A stretch of 64,000 bases of DNA, from assembly GCF_006345805.1 (NCBI RefSeq), contig NW_021835562.1, forward strand, positions 1 to 64,000. Reading direction: 5' to 3'. The notes under the pieces were generated by a model that had not been told where the DNA came from, ran no database searches, and was given only the letters and a program-made list of their open reading frames with translations. This DNA comes from Octopus sinensis (taxonomy: Eukaryota). A program made the position numbers and the translations under genes. This document shows positions 52,853 to 64,000 of the stretch, piece after piece. Positions within the stretch are counted from its first letter, which is position 1, and each line of letters begins with the position of its first letter.

Positions 52853-55797
52853 TGACTCACCTGAACAACACCCATATGGACGCAGAGATGAAAATAAAAG
52901 ATTTCACCATTGTTCGTGCGGATCGCACACACCGAAATAAGGGAGGGACAGCCATTTTATCCATGACTCCTTTTCACTTGATGCCAAGGACACATTTTCC
53001 AATGGCTACTGTGAATCGGTATCAGTATACAACAAAGCCAAGGACATAACCATTGTTGGTCTTTACAGGCCTCCCCAGGCACCTCTAAAGTACTTTGAAG
53101 AGTGCCTTAGCAAAGTCAAGTCCTTCCTTCGGAAGTACCACTCCGGAAACATAATAGTGATGGGTGATTTTAACCTCCCTCATGTGAACTGGCCCAAAAT
53201 ACTCCGAGTTAGGCAAGTGCTCTACATCAGATAGGGCAGCAGCAGAACTGCTCTTTAATCTGATGGATGAGTATTTCCTGACTCAGCTAGTGCTTGAACA
53301 ACGAGACAGAATAAAACGATCTTGGATCTGGTACTGACCAATCACTCTAGCTACGTTCACAGCATTTCAGTCGAAAACACTCTCCTCTCAGACCACGACA
53401 TGGTACTCTGCAATCTTAATTCCCGACGTATAAAAAAACAAACCAGCCAATCCCACTCCATGGCACCCATTTGACAACATAAATTTCCACAAAGCGGACT
53501 GGGGACAATCAGAAAGGATCTGTCTTCCATCGACTGGTCCTTTTACTCTCAATTCCCCTCATATTGAGACCGCGTGGCAGCACTTTGAAACATTGTCACC
53601 GACACATGCTCTAAACACGCTCCCAAGAAATCTACTAACACAAACAGAAACCGGCTCCCTAAAAAGAAAAAACACTCATCAGGCGCATCAAAAGACTCAA
53701 CAAAAAAAATCAACCAATTAAAATATTCCCACACGCAACATCCACATTCAACAACAATGAAAAGACTAGAGCTGGAAAAACTTCATCTGCAGACTAACAT
53801 GAAAACCTCCATTGAAAATCAAAGAGCTGTGGAGGAACAATGGGTAATCAAAAACATCAAAAAGAACCCAAAAGTGTTCTATTCTTATGCAAATAAGCAT
53901 AGAACCACTGTCTCACATATTGGGCCATTGATTGATGAAAACGGCATTCCCCAACACGATGCTAAAGAAATGGCAGAAATACTGCAGAAACAATATTGCT
54001 CTGTCTTCAGTGTTCCCACTGATATTGATGTGAGGGAAACGAACGAAGCTGACTCCAACACAAAATCGCAGACATAACCTTACTGCCACCGACACATCGT
54101 AGCAGCAATAAATGAGGTCAAACATTACTTTGCTGTAGGCCCTGATAGATTTCCCGCCAGTCTCCTGAAGGAATGTAGATATCAACTTGCAGTCCCTCTG
54201 ACCAACCTCTGGAGAAACTCGTTAGACGCAGGTTATATACCGAAAAAGTTTCTATCCCAGTCGGTCATCCCGGTTTTCAAACAGGGAAACAGATCCCTCG
54301 CAGTCAACTATCGCCCAATCTCACTCACCTCCCACATCATTAAAGTGTTTGAAAGAGTGTTAAGATCAAGGATAGCTGACTTCCTGGAGACCCACAAACT
54401 CCTAAATTCAAATCAGCATGGCTTTCGCTGTGGCAGGGACTGTCTAACACAGCTCTTACACCACATTGAAGATGTACTCAAAGCCTTGGGAACAGGTTCG
54501 AACTCTGACGTCATATACCTTGACTTCAGTAAAGCGTTCGACAGGGTAGACCATAACATCCTACTCTCAAAATTGGCAAATGTTGGAATCCGTGGAAAAG
54601 TTCTACACTGGATTCAGTATTTCCTAGCGAATAGAACACAACATGTTGTAGTTGATGGAGTCCACTCAAACCCAGTAAAAGTCACCAGCGGTGTTCCCCA
54701 GGGAACTGTTTTGGGTCCGCTACTCTTCATAATTTATGTAAACAACCTTTCCAGTGTCGTACATCACTGCAAAGTGAAAATATTCGCTGATGACACTAAG
54801 CTCCAGCAAATCGTCAATGAAGAAGCAGACCGAACTCAACTCCAGTCTGACTATATGCTGTGAGTCAATGGGCAGACAGAAACAAAATGCAACTGAATGA
54901 GGGAAAATTTGAGCTGATGCATTTTGGAAGAAATTCCTCACTAAAACAACCATACTCTCTTCCTTCAGGGGAACCGCTCACAGCCTCTAACAATATCAGA
55001 GACCAGGGTGTAATTGTTGATGACGATCTCAGTTGGAGTGCACACATCAACAAGAAGGTCGATACAGCTCGTAGGATGAGTTCCTGGATCTTAAGAACTT
55101 TCCGGTCCAGAGAACAAGGTGTCATCATACCACTTTTTTCATCCTTTGTACGGCACACCTTGAATACTGCTGCCCACTGTGGTCTCCTCAACACAAGACA
55201 AAACATCTCCAGAATTGAGTCACCCCAGAGGGCTCTCACTAAACAAATTGAAGGCATGGCTGCTCTCACTTATTGGGATCGCCTTAAAGCCTTGAAACTT
55301 TAACTCCCTCCAGCGTCGCCGTGAGCGGTACATCATTTGTACTATGTGGAAAATATACCGCCAACTTTGCCCAAACGACCTAAACATTAGCTTCAAGGTT
55401 CATCCGAGACTTGGACCACGGGCTATACGTCCCCTGCCAAATTCAAGATCACACATACATGTACACTGCAACATAATTTCTTTTCCTCAACAGCCCTGCC
55501 CTATTTAACATTGTCCCGAGGGAGATCAAAGAGGAAAAGGATCCCATCAACTCAATTCAACAGAGTCTGGATAGATTCCTTCAAAGAATACCAGATAAGC
55601 CACCCATAATTGGATACAACTCACCCAACAAGAACTCACTACTTGAACAAAACTGGATACAACTCACCCAACAAGAACTCACTACTTGAACAAAACTTGA
55701 CTTAAACAGGATTCGAATAATCCTATCAGGTGGTGCTATTAAGTTAGACATGGCCTGGACCAATCTCTGTCGAAACATATCTAATTTTATCTAAGTT
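52853..55797 (+). mobile_element. 5'-truncated CR1-clade LINE (APE and RT), flanked by (TA)n
   Basis: RADR..KGG, GLYRPP, MGDFN, LDLVLT, SDH; YRPISLTS, QHGFR, YLDFSKAFDRVDH, SGVPQGTVLGPLLF, FADDTKL. 43-bp tandem duplication at 55612-55697. Confidence 0.93.
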
Positions 55798-55799
55798 TT

Positions 55800-56001
55800 A
55801 TATATATATATATATATAATAATATCTATAGTATAATATATATATATATATATAAAGATCATATATACTATATATACATGCATGCATGCATACAAACATA
55901 CATTCATATGAATCAGAAAATATACATATGTGTGTGTGTGTGTGTAATAGTTATACATTATATATATATTTATCTAATTATATGTATGTATATTCAACAC
56001 A

Positions 56002-56075
<74 letters not shown>

Positions 56076-56304
56076 GTATGTATGTATGTATAATGTATCT
56101 ATGTATCTATGTATGTATGTTGTATGTTACGTATGTATCTATGATCTATGTATGTATGTGTGTATGGTGTGTATGCATGCATGCATGTATGTATTTATGT
56201 ATGTATGTCTGTATACAGCAAAAAAAGATGTGTGTACATATGGTGGTTTATATGCACGTATGTGTTTAATACATATGTGTATGAATATACACACACACAC
56301 ATAT

Positions 56305-56345
<41 letters not shown>

Positions 56346-56731
56346 TATATATATATGTATGTATGTATGTATTATCTGCATACATATATACATATATATA
56401 TGTATATATATATATAATACATATATATAGATATATATATATATATAATATATATATATATATATAATATATATATAATATATATATATATATATGCATA
56501 TATATGTGTTGTGTGAGAGGAGAGAGGAACAACGGTGTTTATATGTGTATGTATCTAGGCATTTCTGTGTTTACGAAAATATTTATTTGTTTGTTTGTTT
56601 TTAGTTTTATCAATCTTTTGACTTCGCTGTTTGTTTAATATTGTTGACTGTGGTTTGTCCGAATTTTAATCTTTTATTTTAAGCTTTGTACTTATAGATC
56701 AATAGGTTTGTACTTGTGCAGTGAACACACA

Positions 56732-56781
<50 letters not shown>

Positions 56782-56986
56782 TACGCACACACACATATAC
56801 TTTTGTAAATACATCTATATTTACATATATTTATATACACATTCAAATATATATACATATATATATATATGCACATATATACATATACATACATATATAT
56901 ACATATAATTATATATGTTATAATATATATCTATATATAACATATATATATATACATACATATATATATATATACTATATATATTC

Positions 56987-57028
<42 letters not shown>

Positions 57029-57120
57029 TAAACATATATACATATATATAAATAAATTTATACATATATATATACTCATATACACAGACATATATATATA
57101 TATATAGGCATATATATATG
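55800..57120. repeat. Compound (TA)/(TATG)/(CA) microsatellite block
   Basis: Direct inspection. Confidence 0.9.
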
Positions 57121-57149
57121 TGTGTTTGTAAACAGAAACATATGTATAT

Positions 57150-57560
57150 GTCTGTTTATTTTTTTAATATAAGCCATAAATATCATAAGCTCTTTAATAA
57201 AAACATTGTTAAGTCTAGCTATTCTGGTGCTTTATTTACTTTTACTTCTGAGATTTCTAACTTTAGATTCAACACCCAGGAAGTTATACAACACAAATAA
57301 TACTAGAGATTCTTCTCGATAGATACTTATCTTTCGAAATATCTTGTCTGCTGCGCTAAATTCTTTCTCTTGACCATAGCATTTCCTCTAAATATTATAT
57401 CGGTCTTGTTGAAAATTATGTTAAAACAATGTATTCCCAATATATATCGTTTTGATAGATGAAATCAAATATGACACAGCTTTCTCCAAGTATAATTGGT
57501 CCTTGAAGAATACAACATTTTACTTTTACTATTTGATATTTAGTAGACCATCCATTTAAT
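57150..57560 (+). mobile_element. Degenerate Penelope fragment (linker and GIY-YIG)
   Basis: SHKYHKLFNKNIVKSSYS; KYYIGLVEN; KYDTAFSKYNWSLKN. Confidence 0.65.
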
Positions 57561-57964
57561 ATCTAGTTTACATCGCATTATTCTCATGGATTTGCTACCT
57601 TCTCTACCTCACCGACCGTGAAAATAACCGTTTTGTTTAAAAACTCCAATAATTTGAATGAAATTTTTGGGGTTTTTTTCCAATACTTGCTGCTATTAAA
57701 AGGAATTCTTGTTGCAGAATTTATATTATCAACCGGATGATTAACACTTAATATGTAATGGGTATATTTCATTTCAAACTTTCATTTTAGTGATATATCT
57801 TTTATATTGTTTGGGTTTTTTTTTTTCATTTTTTTATTTATTTCACTAGTTATCTCTCCTTTTCATCATCGATTATGCTTTACTATATCATGAATTTCAA
57901 ATCACTCCAAGGAGGAGGTTTCTACATAGTCACCTGGTTTAACAGAAACAGCAGCCAAACAGCA

Positions 57965-58182
57965 GGCTGCGAGCTGGCAGAAACGTTAGCACGCCGGGCG
58001 AAATGCTGAGCGGTATTTCATCTGCCGCTACGTTCTGAGTTCAAATTCCGCCGAGGTCGACTTTGCCTTTCATCCTTTCGGGGTCGATAAATTAAGTCCC
58101 AGTTACGCACTGGGGGTCGATGTAATCGACTTAATCCCTTTGTCTATCCTTATTTGTCCCCTTTGGGCAATAAAGAAATAAG
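57965..58182 (+). mobile_element. SINE-B
   Basis: Full head and body. Confidence 0.9.
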
Positions 58183-58285
58183 AAACAATAGCCAAATCTT
58201 CCTTGAATGATAACTTCCTTCTTCGAGCGGCTACTATTGAGAGGTGTTTCACTGCAGTGCACTAGAAATCACTCTTCTCCATTAG

Positions 58286-58401
58286 CTTTGCCAGATTCTC
58301 AGTCTCCTATTATATATCTTTGCCAATAACACCAATGCAGTTGAATCGTCCCATTTCTCAGACGGGTTACCATTGGCCCGATTTTGCGGAGGAGATTGGT
58401 A
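58286..58401 (+). CDS. Putative host-gene exon (FARFSVSYYISLPITPMQLNRPISQTGYHWPDFAEEI[G]), phase 2 to 1
   Basis: Acceptor ctcttctccattag; two tandem phase-1 donors (58398|GTAGTA and 58401|GTAAGA); phases fit both neighbours. Confidence 0.7.
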
Positions 58402-58484
58402 GTAAGAAGTCCGAGAACACCTGATGTCTCGACGGTGACCGGCGCAAACTGATAGCCATCGGTCAGGCCCCTATATTTATTTAC

Positions 58485-58718
58485 ACTCTTTACTCTCTTT
58501 TACTCTTTTACTTGTTTCAGTCATTTGACTGCGGCCATGCTGGAGCACCGCCTTTTAGTCGAGCAAATCGACCCAAGGACCTTATTCTTTGGAAGCCTAG
58601 TACTTATAACGTTAAGTTACTGGGACGTAAACACACTAGCATCGGTTGTCGAGCGATGCTGTGGGGACAAACACAGACACACAAACATATACACACATAT
58701 ATATATATATTATATATA

Positions 58719-58761
<43 letters not shown>

Positions 58762-58931
58762 TTTATACATATATACGATGGGCTTCTTTCAGTTTCCGTC
58801 TGCCAAATCCACTCACAAGGCTTTGGTACCCCGAGGCATTAGCAGAAGACACTTGCCCAAGGTGCCACGCAGTGGGACTGAACCCGGAACCATGTGGTTG
58901 GTAAGCAAGCTACTTACCACACTGCCACTCC
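58485..58931 (-). mobile_element. SINE-A
   Basis: Full copy with internal (TA)n. Confidence 0.92.
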
Positions 58932-59483
58932 TGCGCCTTTTATCTATTTTAACTATTCAGCAGTATCAGGGCCTAGCAGTGCTTAGACATAAACGAACTT
59001 TGAGTTTGTTTGAAATATGCTTGAAATATGCCCCCGCCAAAAAAATTTAACTAACCTAAAATTTGCTTATTTTAACTAATTATATTTTCAATCAACAACT
59101 TTTGAATCGTCAGTGTTTTTTACTGACGTCAGTCAATGCAATTGTTGTGGTGTAATTGTCGGGCGTCATTGGTTAGTTTTTTGTGACGTCATAATTCAAT
59201 TTTTAAAGTCACTGTTCCTGTTTACAAAAACTCCCTAATTGAAAAGGAAAGCAATCCGGTTTCAAACTGAAGCAGCGACTTGCTACTAATTTATTTGGAC
59301 AATTTCTACCACCGTTCGCACAATTATGTACACTAACTTAATAAAAATTGATCAGATCAATTGGAACCATGGTCGTAGTAACCAATGGAGAGCCAATGAA
59401 AGTTGATATGACTCGTGTTATATATATATACACCCTTTAAATCTATTTACTTTGGCCAAATAAGATTCTTGAAAATAATGAGT

Positions 59484-59833
59484 AAAGACAGACAAAGGGA
59501 TTTAGTCGATTATATCGACCCTACTGCGTAACTGGTACTTATTTAATCGACCCCGAAAGGATGAAAGGCAAAGTCGACCTCGGCGGAATTTGAACTCAGA
59601 ACGTAGCGGCAGACGAAATGCCTATTTCTTTATTACCCACAAGGGGCTAAACACAGAAGGGACAAACAAGGACAGACATAGGTATTAAGTCGATTACATC
59701 GACCCCAGTGCGTAACTGGTACTTAATTTATCGACCCCGAAAGGATGAAAGGCAAAGTCGACCTCGGCGGAATTTGAACTCAGAACGTAACGGCAGACGA
59801 AACACCGCTAAGCATTTCGCCCGGCGTGCTAAC
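59484..59833 (-). mobile_element. SINE-B dimer
   Basis: Same dimer layout as 38581-39000, in reverse orientation. Confidence 0.92.
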
Positions 59834-60325
59834 GTTTCTGCCAGCTCGTCGCCAAACAAGGAAGTAACATTCATTTAAGTGTAAAATACGCAATCTTTCT
59901 GCTGCTTTCACGGCTATACTGTGTTTGAAATATTACTTTCTTGTCTGTATGATACCTTAAACAATATATTTTTTTTAATTCCCAGTGCATTAAGATGCAT
60001 TACCGTTACTTCTGTGTCTCCTTCATATCCCCATTATATAACCTATTCACTTCTCTTTCACTTCCGTTGGCCATTTTGTGAATATTACACACCGTCGCGG
60101 GCTTATAGCCTCAACTTTAACTTCTTTTCATGGCAACTGACTGTAGTTGCACGCAACAAAATTACAAATTCAAAAAAATAAAAAAAGTTTAAGTCCGTTA
60201 TGACCCCCACCTCGGTTTCCCTGGTGTACAAATGGTTGAGATTACATCTTTCACTCCTGAACGGGACCTTGGCGCCGTTCCGTCGCAGAGTCAACTTCCC
60301 AGCTAATGTTGGAACTTATTTACAG

Positions 60326-60470
60326 CTGAGTGGACTTACTATATGGCACACCGTTTCAGCATCATTGCGGCACGCTTTGATTCGAGGAAAATTTGGCAAC
60401 AGTTTCTGGATGGTCAAGCGACCGCGAAGCAGCTTCTTCGTTGCTTCATAGTCGGGATATATGAGCAGAA
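60326..60470 (+). CDS. Putative host-gene exon (EWTYYMAHRFSIIAARFDSRKIWQQFLDGQATAKQLLRCFIVGIYEQ), phase-1 start
   Basis: gctaat branch-like motif, cttatttacag acceptor; donor AA|GTAACC at 60470, or longer form to 60535|GTGGGT across a TAA. Confidence 0.6.
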
Positions 60471-60660
60471 GTAACCCGCGCAGTTGCTGATAGCGAAAGC
60501 TCTGTCCATAATGGTCAAGAGGACATCCAGTATAGGTGGGTATAAATAGCGGTACACAAGCTAAAATAGGGAGTACCAGTCATATAATGGGGTCAACTTC
60601 ATAGACTATATTCCCCTTCCATTATTTGAGGGGTTTTTATGACTTAGTTAAGAAAAATAG

Positions 60661-60855
60661 GGCAGTGAGCTGGCAGAATCGTTAGCACGCCGGGCAGAAT
60701 GCTTAGCGGCATTTCGTCGGTCTTTACGTTCTGATTTCAAATTCCACTGAGGTCGACTTTACCTTTTATCCTTTCGGGGTCGATAAATTAAGTTAATGCG
60801 ATCGAATTTCCTCAACCCCCAAAATTTCAGGCCTTGTGATAGCAGAAAGGATTAT
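60661..60855 (+). mobile_element. SINE-B
   Basis: gggcagtgagctggcagaatcgttagcac head. Confidence 0.85.
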
Positions 60856-61103
60856 GTCTAAGTTTAGATAATTAGTATTTTAGTATGTTTCATATAAAAG
60901 AGTGGTAGGAGGACAGAATCGTTACAGTGCGAGGAATGAAATCCCTTGTGGTATTTATTTACGTCCCTTCATATTCTGAGTTCAAAACGCTTTGAGGTCA
61001 GTTGTGCTGTTCTCGCTTACGTGGCTAGATAAAATAAATTACCAGTTAAGCACAGGATCGATTTAATATTTCTAGAGACACCGTAGATGAGAATAGAATT
61101 ATA

Positions 61104-61519
61104 GGATCTTTTCGGTTTGAACGGCAGTTTTTTCTAGCGGTGTCATATGAAATTGTCACCCATAATTATGACCCTAGTATTGATCTATTGCATTTCAATC
61201 TGTTTTAGGGTTAGGGTTAGGGGTGGGGGAATGGTATCTTTTTTTCTTCACAAATGTAAGTAAACCCAATCTGTTTCTTAAACGAGGGACATATTCATAC
61301 GGCACAGAATATTTTTTTTACCTCAATAGACGTCATTGGTTGACATTGCAGAAATTGAAGATAAAAAAAAAGACAAATATCTTACAAACTATAGAATTTT
61401 CTCAATAAAGCCAAAAGAAAAAAAACGTTTTATAAACACATTCTACCAGTATACGAAGTTTAAAAGTGTTTAGTTACGTGGAAATTATGTTAAAACTGCC
61501 GTTCAAACCGAAAAGATCC
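61104..61519 (+). mobile_element. MITE, GGATC family, copy 5
   Basis: TIRs; TSD GAATTATA (61096-61103, 61520-61527). Confidence 0.95.
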
Positions 61520-61932
61520 GAATTATATTTGGAAGTTGCTTTTCAACCTTCCAGGGGTTGATGAAATAAAGTGCCAGTCACGAACATGGCCGATTTAATG
61601 TTACTGTAGACATTCCAAGTAAGAATGGAAATATTCTAGAACACTAAGACTTTTTATCTTTCCAGTGTCGATAAAATAATGTACCAGTCACGTACTGGTA
61701 TCGATTTACCATTTCAATAAAATATCTTAGATGTGAATGGAACTATAATCGTAGGCTTAGACTAACTTTACCATTCATTCTTCAGGAATTGATAAAGAAA
61801 GTACCATTCGAGTACTAGGATCGATTTAATATTCCGATAAAGACATCCAAATTGTGAATGGCGTTTTATTGGAAGACTAACACATAAGACTAGCTTTAAA
61901 TTTCATTCTTCTGCAATTGAGAAAATAAAGCA

Positions 61933-62634
61933 GGTTCTTTTCACTTTGACCGGCAGATTTTAAAAATAATTTCTTTGTAACTAAACACTTTTAAATTTCG
62001 TATACTGGAAGAATGTGTTTATAAAACATCTTTTTCTCTTGGCTTTCTTGAGAAAATTCTGTAGTTTGCAAGCTATTTGTTGATTAATTTCTTGCATTTC
62101 GGCAATTTCAACCAATCAATGACGTCTATTGAGGTGAAGTCAATTTCTGCCGTAGTGTCAACAAACTACAGAATTTTCTCAAGTAAGCCAAGAGAAAAAA
62201 ACGTTTTATAAACACATTTTACCAGTGTGGAAGCACTCCGTCGGTTACGACGACGAGGGTTCCGGTTGATCCGATCAACGGAACAGCCTGCTCGTGAAAT
62301 TAACGTGTAAGTGGCTGAGCACTCCACGGACACGTTTACCCTTAACGTAGTTCTCGGGGATATTCAGCGTGACACAGAGAGTGACAAGGCCGGCCCTTTG
62401 AAATACAGGTACAACAGAGACAGGAAGTAAGTGTGAGAGAAAGTTGTGGTGAAAGAGTACAGCAGGGATCACCACTATCCCCTGCCGGAGCCTCGTGGAG
62501 ATTTAGGTGTTTTCACTCAATAAACACTCACAACACCCGGTCTCCACCAACATTCTACCAGTATACGAAGTTTAAAAAATGTTTAGTTACAAAGAAATTA
62601 TTTTTAAAATCTGCCGGTCAAAGCGAAAAGATCC
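61933..62634. mobile_element. Long-inverted-arm variant of the GGATC MITE containing a SINE-C insertion
   Basis: Both arms derive from the MITE right half; TSD ATAAAGCA/ATAAAGTA. Confidence 0.8.
62227..62547 (-). mobile_element. 5'-truncated SINE-C (tail type 1) nested in MITE
   Basis: Matches 39320-39639 in reverse; flanked by acatt(t/c)taccagt duplication. Confidence 0.85.
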
Positions 62635-62750
62635 ATAAAGTACCAGTGAAATACGAGATTGTTTTTTTTTTTCAGATGTGAATGGAAAAGACGATCGCTA
62701 TCTTTGCCTCTCATACTTCTGGGGTTGATAAGTTAAAGTTTTCGGGTCGG

Positions 62751-62966
62751 TTTACTCTCTTTTGCTCTTTTAGCTGTTTCAGTCATTTGACTGCGGCCAT
62801 GCTGAAGCACCGCCTTTTAGTCGAACAAATCGACCCCAGGACTTATTCTTTGGGAACCTAGTTCTTATTCTATCGGTCTCTTTTGCCGAACCGCTAAGTT
62901 ACGGGGACGCAAACACACCACCATCGGTTGTCAAGCGATGCAGGGGAGACAAACACAGACACGCAA

Positions 62967-63046
<80 letters not shown>

Positions 63047-63141
63047 TATATAGTTATAGATATAGATATAGATATATATACATATATAGATATATATACA
63101 TATATATATATATATACATATATATAGATATATATATATAT

Positions 63142-63183
<42 letters not shown>

Positions 63184-63361
63184 TATATATAATATATATA
63201 TATATACGACGGGCTTCTTTCAGTTTCCGTCTACCAATCTAATCACAAGGCTTTGGTCGGCCCGAGGCTATAGTAGAAGACATTTGCCCAAGGTGCCATG
63301 CAGTGGGAATGAACCCGGAACCATGTGGTTGGTAAGCAAGCTACTTACCACACAACCACTC
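62751..63361 (-). mobile_element. SINE-A with expanded internal (CA)/(TA)
   Basis: Both modules present. Confidence 0.9.
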
Positions 63362-63367
63362 AAAACA

Positions 63368-63545
63368 GGGTGGCGAACTGGCAGAATCGTTTGCACGACG
63401 GGCAAAATGTTTAGCGGTATTTCGTCTGTACGTTCTGAGATCAAATTCCCATGAAATAAATACCAGCTGAGCACTGGGGTCGATGTAATGGACTTGGCCC
63501 CCCGCTCCCCTCAAACTGCTAGCCTTGTGCCAAAATTTGAAACCG
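63368..63545 (+). mobile_element. SINE-B (degenerate)
   Basis: Head ggtggcgaactggcagaatcg. Confidence 0.75.
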
Positions 63546-63692
63546 ATATTCTTAACAAACATCTGAGATGTGAATGGCAAGTACTTTGTTAGAAGAACCA
63601 TAAGAAACCTATCTGGGATCGATAAAATAAAGCAGAAATCAATTAGTGAGATCGATTCAGTATCTCTATAAAGACATTTTAAATGTGATAAG

Positions 63693-64000
63693 GGATCTTT
63701 TCGGTCTGAACGGCAGTTTTTTTCTAGCGGTGTCATTTGAAATTGTCACCCATAATGATGACCCTAGTATCGATCTATTGCATTTCAATCTCTTTTAGGG
63801 TTAGGGTTAGGGGTGGGTGAAGGGTATCGTTTTTTCTTCACGAATGTAAATAAACCCAATCTGTTTCTTAAATGAGGGACATATTCATACAGCACAGAAT
63901 GTTTTTTTTTACCTCAATAGACGTCACTGATTGGTTGAAATTGCAGAAACTGAAGGAAAAACAACAACAAATATCTTACAAACTATAAAATTTTCTCAAT
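63693..64000 (+). mobile_element. MITE, GGATC family, copy 7 (cut by window end)
   Basis: Left TIR and internal sequence with TTAGGG tract. Confidence 0.92.

Noticed and set aside
59356-59414. Alternative phase 2 to 1 exon (SIGTMVVVTNGEPMKVDMT)
   Set aside because: No pyrimidine tract and weak donor; 58286-58401 fills the same phase slot with better sites.
60190-60560. Minus-strand reading resembling a retroelement zinc finger (ACRNDAETVCHIV)
   Set aside because: Lacks the CX2C pair and downstream RLE motifs; the plus-strand exon reading fits splice phases.

Overview
AT-rich, repeat-dominated eukaryotic DNA. The SINE, LINE and microsatellite content points to an octopus or other coleoid cephalopod genome (inference). 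Most ORF-track entries are artefacts of (TA)n, (CA)n, (CATA)n, (GATA)n and (CAC)n tracts. Real content: (1) five small, splice-phase-compatible exons on + (37975-60470) that assemble into an unidentified protein; (2) a full-length Tx1/L1-clade LINE (21184-26596) inserted into a tRNA-derived SINE head with a 16-bp target-site duplication, plus two Tx1 3' fragments; (3) a 5'-truncated CR1-clade LINE, an R4/Dong-like fragment and several Penelope (PLE) fragments; (4) three families of PLE-associated terminal repeats carrying hammerhead-ribozyme-like motifs, some in fold-back arrangements, mostly next to (TA)n; (5) three tRNA-derived SINE families in many copies; (6) a GGATC-ended MITE with 8-bp TSDs and internal TTAGGG tracts (7 copies), mariner and hAT MITEs and fragments, and Helitron-like elements. 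No CRISPR array, rRNA or intact tRNA gene was found. Edges of dispersed repeats are read by eye and approximate; TSD, splice-site and ribozyme coordinates were indexed base by base.
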